Positions 60,871 to 64,000 of a stretch of 64,000 bases of DNA are shown here, piece after piece. The stretch is taken from positions 1 through 64,000 of the forward strand of contig JASGJN010000023.1 of the NCBI GenBank assembly GCA_049840735.1, given 5' to 3'. A program made the position numbers and the translations under genes. The stretch is from Anaeromyxobacter sp. Its GTDB lineage: Bacteria > Myxococcota > Myxococcia > Myxococcales > Anaeromyxobacteraceae. The notes beneath the pieces are model-generated. The model made no database searches, had not been told where the DNA came from, and worked only from the letters and a program-made list of their open reading frames with translations. Each line of letters opens with the position of its first letter. Position 1 is the first letter of the stretch.

Positions 60871-63536
60871 CCCGCCAGCGCCTCGCCCACCTTGGCCAGC
60901 AGCTGCTCGCGGTCGAAGGGCTTGGGCAGGAAGCCCTCCTGCACGCCGGAGAGGATGTCCTCCTGCGTGCCGGGGATGGCGGTGTAGCCGGACATGTAGA
61001 GGACCCGCAGCCCGGGCACGCGCGCCCGCAGCATGCGGCACAGGTCGCGGCCGTTCAGGCCGGGCATGACCACGTCGGTGAGCAAGAGGTCGATGGCGGC
61101 CTCGCCGTGGGCCGCCGCCACCCGCAGCGCGTCCAGCCCGTCCTCGGCCGGCAGCACGCGGTAGCCGGCGCCGGCCAGGTAGCGCTCGATCAGCCGGCGG
61201 ATGCCGGGCTCGTCCTCGGCCAGGAGCACCGTCCGCTCCCCCGCCACGGACGGCGCGGGCGCGGGCGCCGGCGTGGCGGGCGTGGCGAGGGGGCTGGCCA
61301 GCTCGGCGCCGGCGCCGCCCAGGTCGGCCGGGAAGAGGACGCGGAACGAGGTGCCCTGGCCGCTCGCGCTGCGGACCGCGATGTCGCCGCCGTGCTGCTT
61401 CACCACGCCCAGCACCGTGGCCAGCCCCAGCCCGGTGCCGCGCCCCTGCGCCTTGGTGGTGAAGAACGGCTCGAAGACGCGCTCCAGCACCTCGGGCGCC
61501 ATGCCGTGCCCGGTGTCGGAGACCACCAGCTCGACGAAGGGGCCGGCGCCCAGCCCGGCCGGCGCCGCCTCCGGCGAGAGGTCGAGGTTGCGGGTGGCGA
61601 AGGTGAGGACGCCGCCGTGGGGCATGGCGTCCCGCGCGTTGGCCGCCAGGTTGAGCAGCACCTGCTGCAGCTGCCCCGGATCCCCGCGCAGCGCCCAGAG
61701 GTCGTTGGCCAGCTCCAGCCGGATGGTCACGTCCTCGCCGATGAGCCGGCGCATGATGGCGTGGAAGCCGGTGATCTCGGCGTTCAGGTCGAGGGCGTTG
61801 CGGACCAGCGGCTGGCGCCGCCCGAAGGCCAGCAGCTGGCGCACCAGGTCGCTGGCCCGCCGCGCGGCGTCCACGGCCTCGCCCAGCTGCGCGGTGACCC
61901 GGTGCTCGGGGCCGAGCTGCTCCAGCGCGTCGAGCGTGTTGCCGAGGATGGGCGTGAGCAGGTTGTTGAAGTCGTGGGCCACGCCGCCCGCCAGCCGCCC
62001 CAGCGACTCCAGCCGCTGGCCGTCCTCGACCCGCCGCCGCAGCGCCTCGCGCTCCGCCTCGGCGCGCTTCTGGTCCGAGACGTCGATGATGAGGCCGCGG
62101 AACCCGGCCGGCTTGCCGTCGCGCAGGATGGGGGCGGAGTAGATCATCACCGGCAGCGTGGTGCCGTCCCGGCGGCGCATCCGGTACTCCTGGCCGGCCC
62201 CGAGCTGGCCGCCGCTGGCCAGCTGGCCCACGCGCTCCTTGGCGCCGGCCAGCTCCTCGGGGGGCAGGAAGTCGGTGACCCGCATGCCGGGCGGGATCTC
62301 GTCGTAGCCGAACGTGGCGTAGGCCTGGCGGTTGACCCAGGTGATGACCCCGCGCCGGTCCGCCTCGTACACCACCTGCGGCAGCAGGTCGGTCAGCTCG
62401 CGGAAGCGCCGCTCGCTCCGGCGCAGCGCGCGGATGAAGACCAGCAGGGCCAGCGAGAAGATGGTCAGGCCGGTCATGGTGGCGCAGCCGGCCAGGATCC
62501 AGGGCCAGTAGCGGTCCCAGGCGCCCTCGGGCGGGTTGAGGATCCGGACCGCCCGGCCGTCCACGGTGCTGGGGACGTGCAGCCCCAGCCGCTCCGCCAC
62601 CGGCGCGTCCACGACCAGGTAGGCCATCGCCCCGGCGTCGGTCGGCGGCGAGCCGCCTGCCAGCAGCTGGATGAGGAGCTCGGCGGCGCGGTGCCCCTGC
62701 TCCCGCCCGCCCAGCACGGCGCCGCCCACCACGCCATGGGCCAGCTGGAAGTCCCACAGCGCGTACACCGGGGCGCGGCTGACGGCGGAGACCCGCTCCG
62801 CCACCCGCTCGTAGCTGCGGACCTCGCCCAGCCGGTCGCGGTTGAAGGAGCCGAGCACCAGCGCGTCCTTTAGCGGGTCCAGCGTCGCCGCGAAGGTCTC
62901 CAGCTCGGCGAAGGACATGGCGCCGAGCGTCGCGATCTCGATGTGCGGGTGGAGCCCGTTCAGGCGCACCACGTCCGGCCGCACCCCGGCGCTGGTCTCG
63001 GTCTCGTCGAGGGCCACGTGGACGCGCCGCAGCCGCGGCTGGAGCGCCCGCGCCAGCGTCACGGTGCCGGGCAGGTCCACCCGCTCCAGCACGCCGGAGA
63101 GCCGCCGCCCGTCGGCGATGTGGGGCGGGGCGGGCAGGTTCACGCCGCAGTAGGCCACCGGCACCCGGCCGAACAGGTCCGGGTGCTGGAGCACGAAGGT
63201 CAGGGCGGCGTCGTCGGTGGTGAGCACGCCCACGATCCGCTCGTTCTGCAGCCGCCCCTTGATGCGGGCCACGTCGAGGGCGTCGGCCTCCGGGCCGAAG
63301 AACCGCTTGCGGTCCAGGTTCAGCACCACCGGCTGCGCCTCCGGCCAGCGGGCGCGCAGGGCGGCCAGCGCGCCGTCGGTCTCGCCGTCGGTCCAGGTGA
63401 AGCCGCGGTGGTAGCTGTTGAGGATCAGGATCCCCGGCGCAGGCTCCTCCGCGCGCGCCGCCGGCGCGGTCCACGCCAGCGCGAGCGCGAGCGCGGTCGC
63501 GAGGGCAGGGGCTGGCGTTCGCGCGGAGTGAACCAT
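60867..63536 (-). CDS. Hybrid sensor kinase: periplasmic binding-like domain, TM, PAS, HisKA/HATPase, REC
   Basis: [56 protein letters not shown]. Confidence 0.92.
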
Positions 63537-63657
63537 CGGACCTGGGGTTCATCCTACCCCGCCGCGGGGCCAGGTGCGACACCGCGCCTGGTCACCTGAC
63601 CGCGGCTCACCACGCGCCGGGTCGGGCTCGGGCTTGCGGGTGCGTCCTGCGCCCACC

Positions 63658-64000
63658 TCACGGATCGCGGCCGTAGGCTCGGACGCCTGCGGCGAACCCG
63701 GCCGCGCCCACGGCCAGCAGCACCGCGCAGGGCGCCAAGAGCTGCGCGGGCGTGAAGCCGCGCCAGAGCGCCCCCTCGAGCGCCAGGATGCCCCAGCGGA
63801 CCGGGCTCACCACCGCCACGGTCTGCATCCACGCGGGCATGGCGAAGAGGGGCATCATGCCGCCGCCGATCATGGAGAGCGGGAGCATGACGGCCCAGCC
63901 CAGGCCCCCGGCCGACTGCTCGGTGCGGCCCAGCGTGGCCACCAGGATCATGATCCCCACGAAGCAGGCGGCCAGGCAGAGCGCCGACAGGGCCAGCAGC
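63658..64000 (-). CDS. ABC-2 type transporter permease, C-terminal part (cut by window edge)
   Basis: LSMIGGGMMPL.AMPAWMQ....VSPVRW. Confidence 0.8.
   Translation of the reverse strand, partial: LLALSALCLAACFVGIMILVATLGRTEQSAGGLGWAVMLPLSMIGGGMMPLFAMPAWMQTVAVVSPVRWGILALEGALWRGFTPAQLLAPCAVLLAVGAAGFAAGVRAYGRDP

Overview
The window looks chimeric. Bases 1-43 match an untrimmed Oxford Nanopore native-barcode cassette. Bases ~44-7650 are an indel-rich, lower-GC segment that looks Verrucomicrobiota-like (rpoB end, rpoC, cobalamin adenosyltransferase, secG, OppA-like protein). It is fused at ~7650, mid-gene on both sides, to a cleaner, very GC-rich Anaeromyxobacter/Myxococcota-like chromosome segment. 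That segment carries an M23 peptidase, nth, and a SorC-regulated sugar/polyol operon (split transketolase, FGGY kinase, ABC transporter, two SDRs). It continues with rnpB, a MocR/YjeH pair, an X25-repeat pullulanase, a patatin, a CPA2 antiporter, TerC, ohr-doxX-ohrR-VOC and an Fe-ADH. The last part holds two hybrid kinases, a lipoprotein cluster, a DEAD-box helicase, groESL with CIRCE elements, rpoZ and lysC. Most notable: (i) a four-copy intergenic element with fixed flanks and a fully covarying central hairpin; (ii) an apiose-pathway-like operon with two SDRs and no isomerase; (iii) residual indels that map to GATCT, possibly a DNA-modification footprint; (iv) an unknown gene pair sharing CIRCE elements with groESL; (v) secreted proteins with unusual architectures. 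No CRISPR array, tRNA, rRNA, transposase or prophage was seen. All family calls come from motif recognition by eye, with no database searches.
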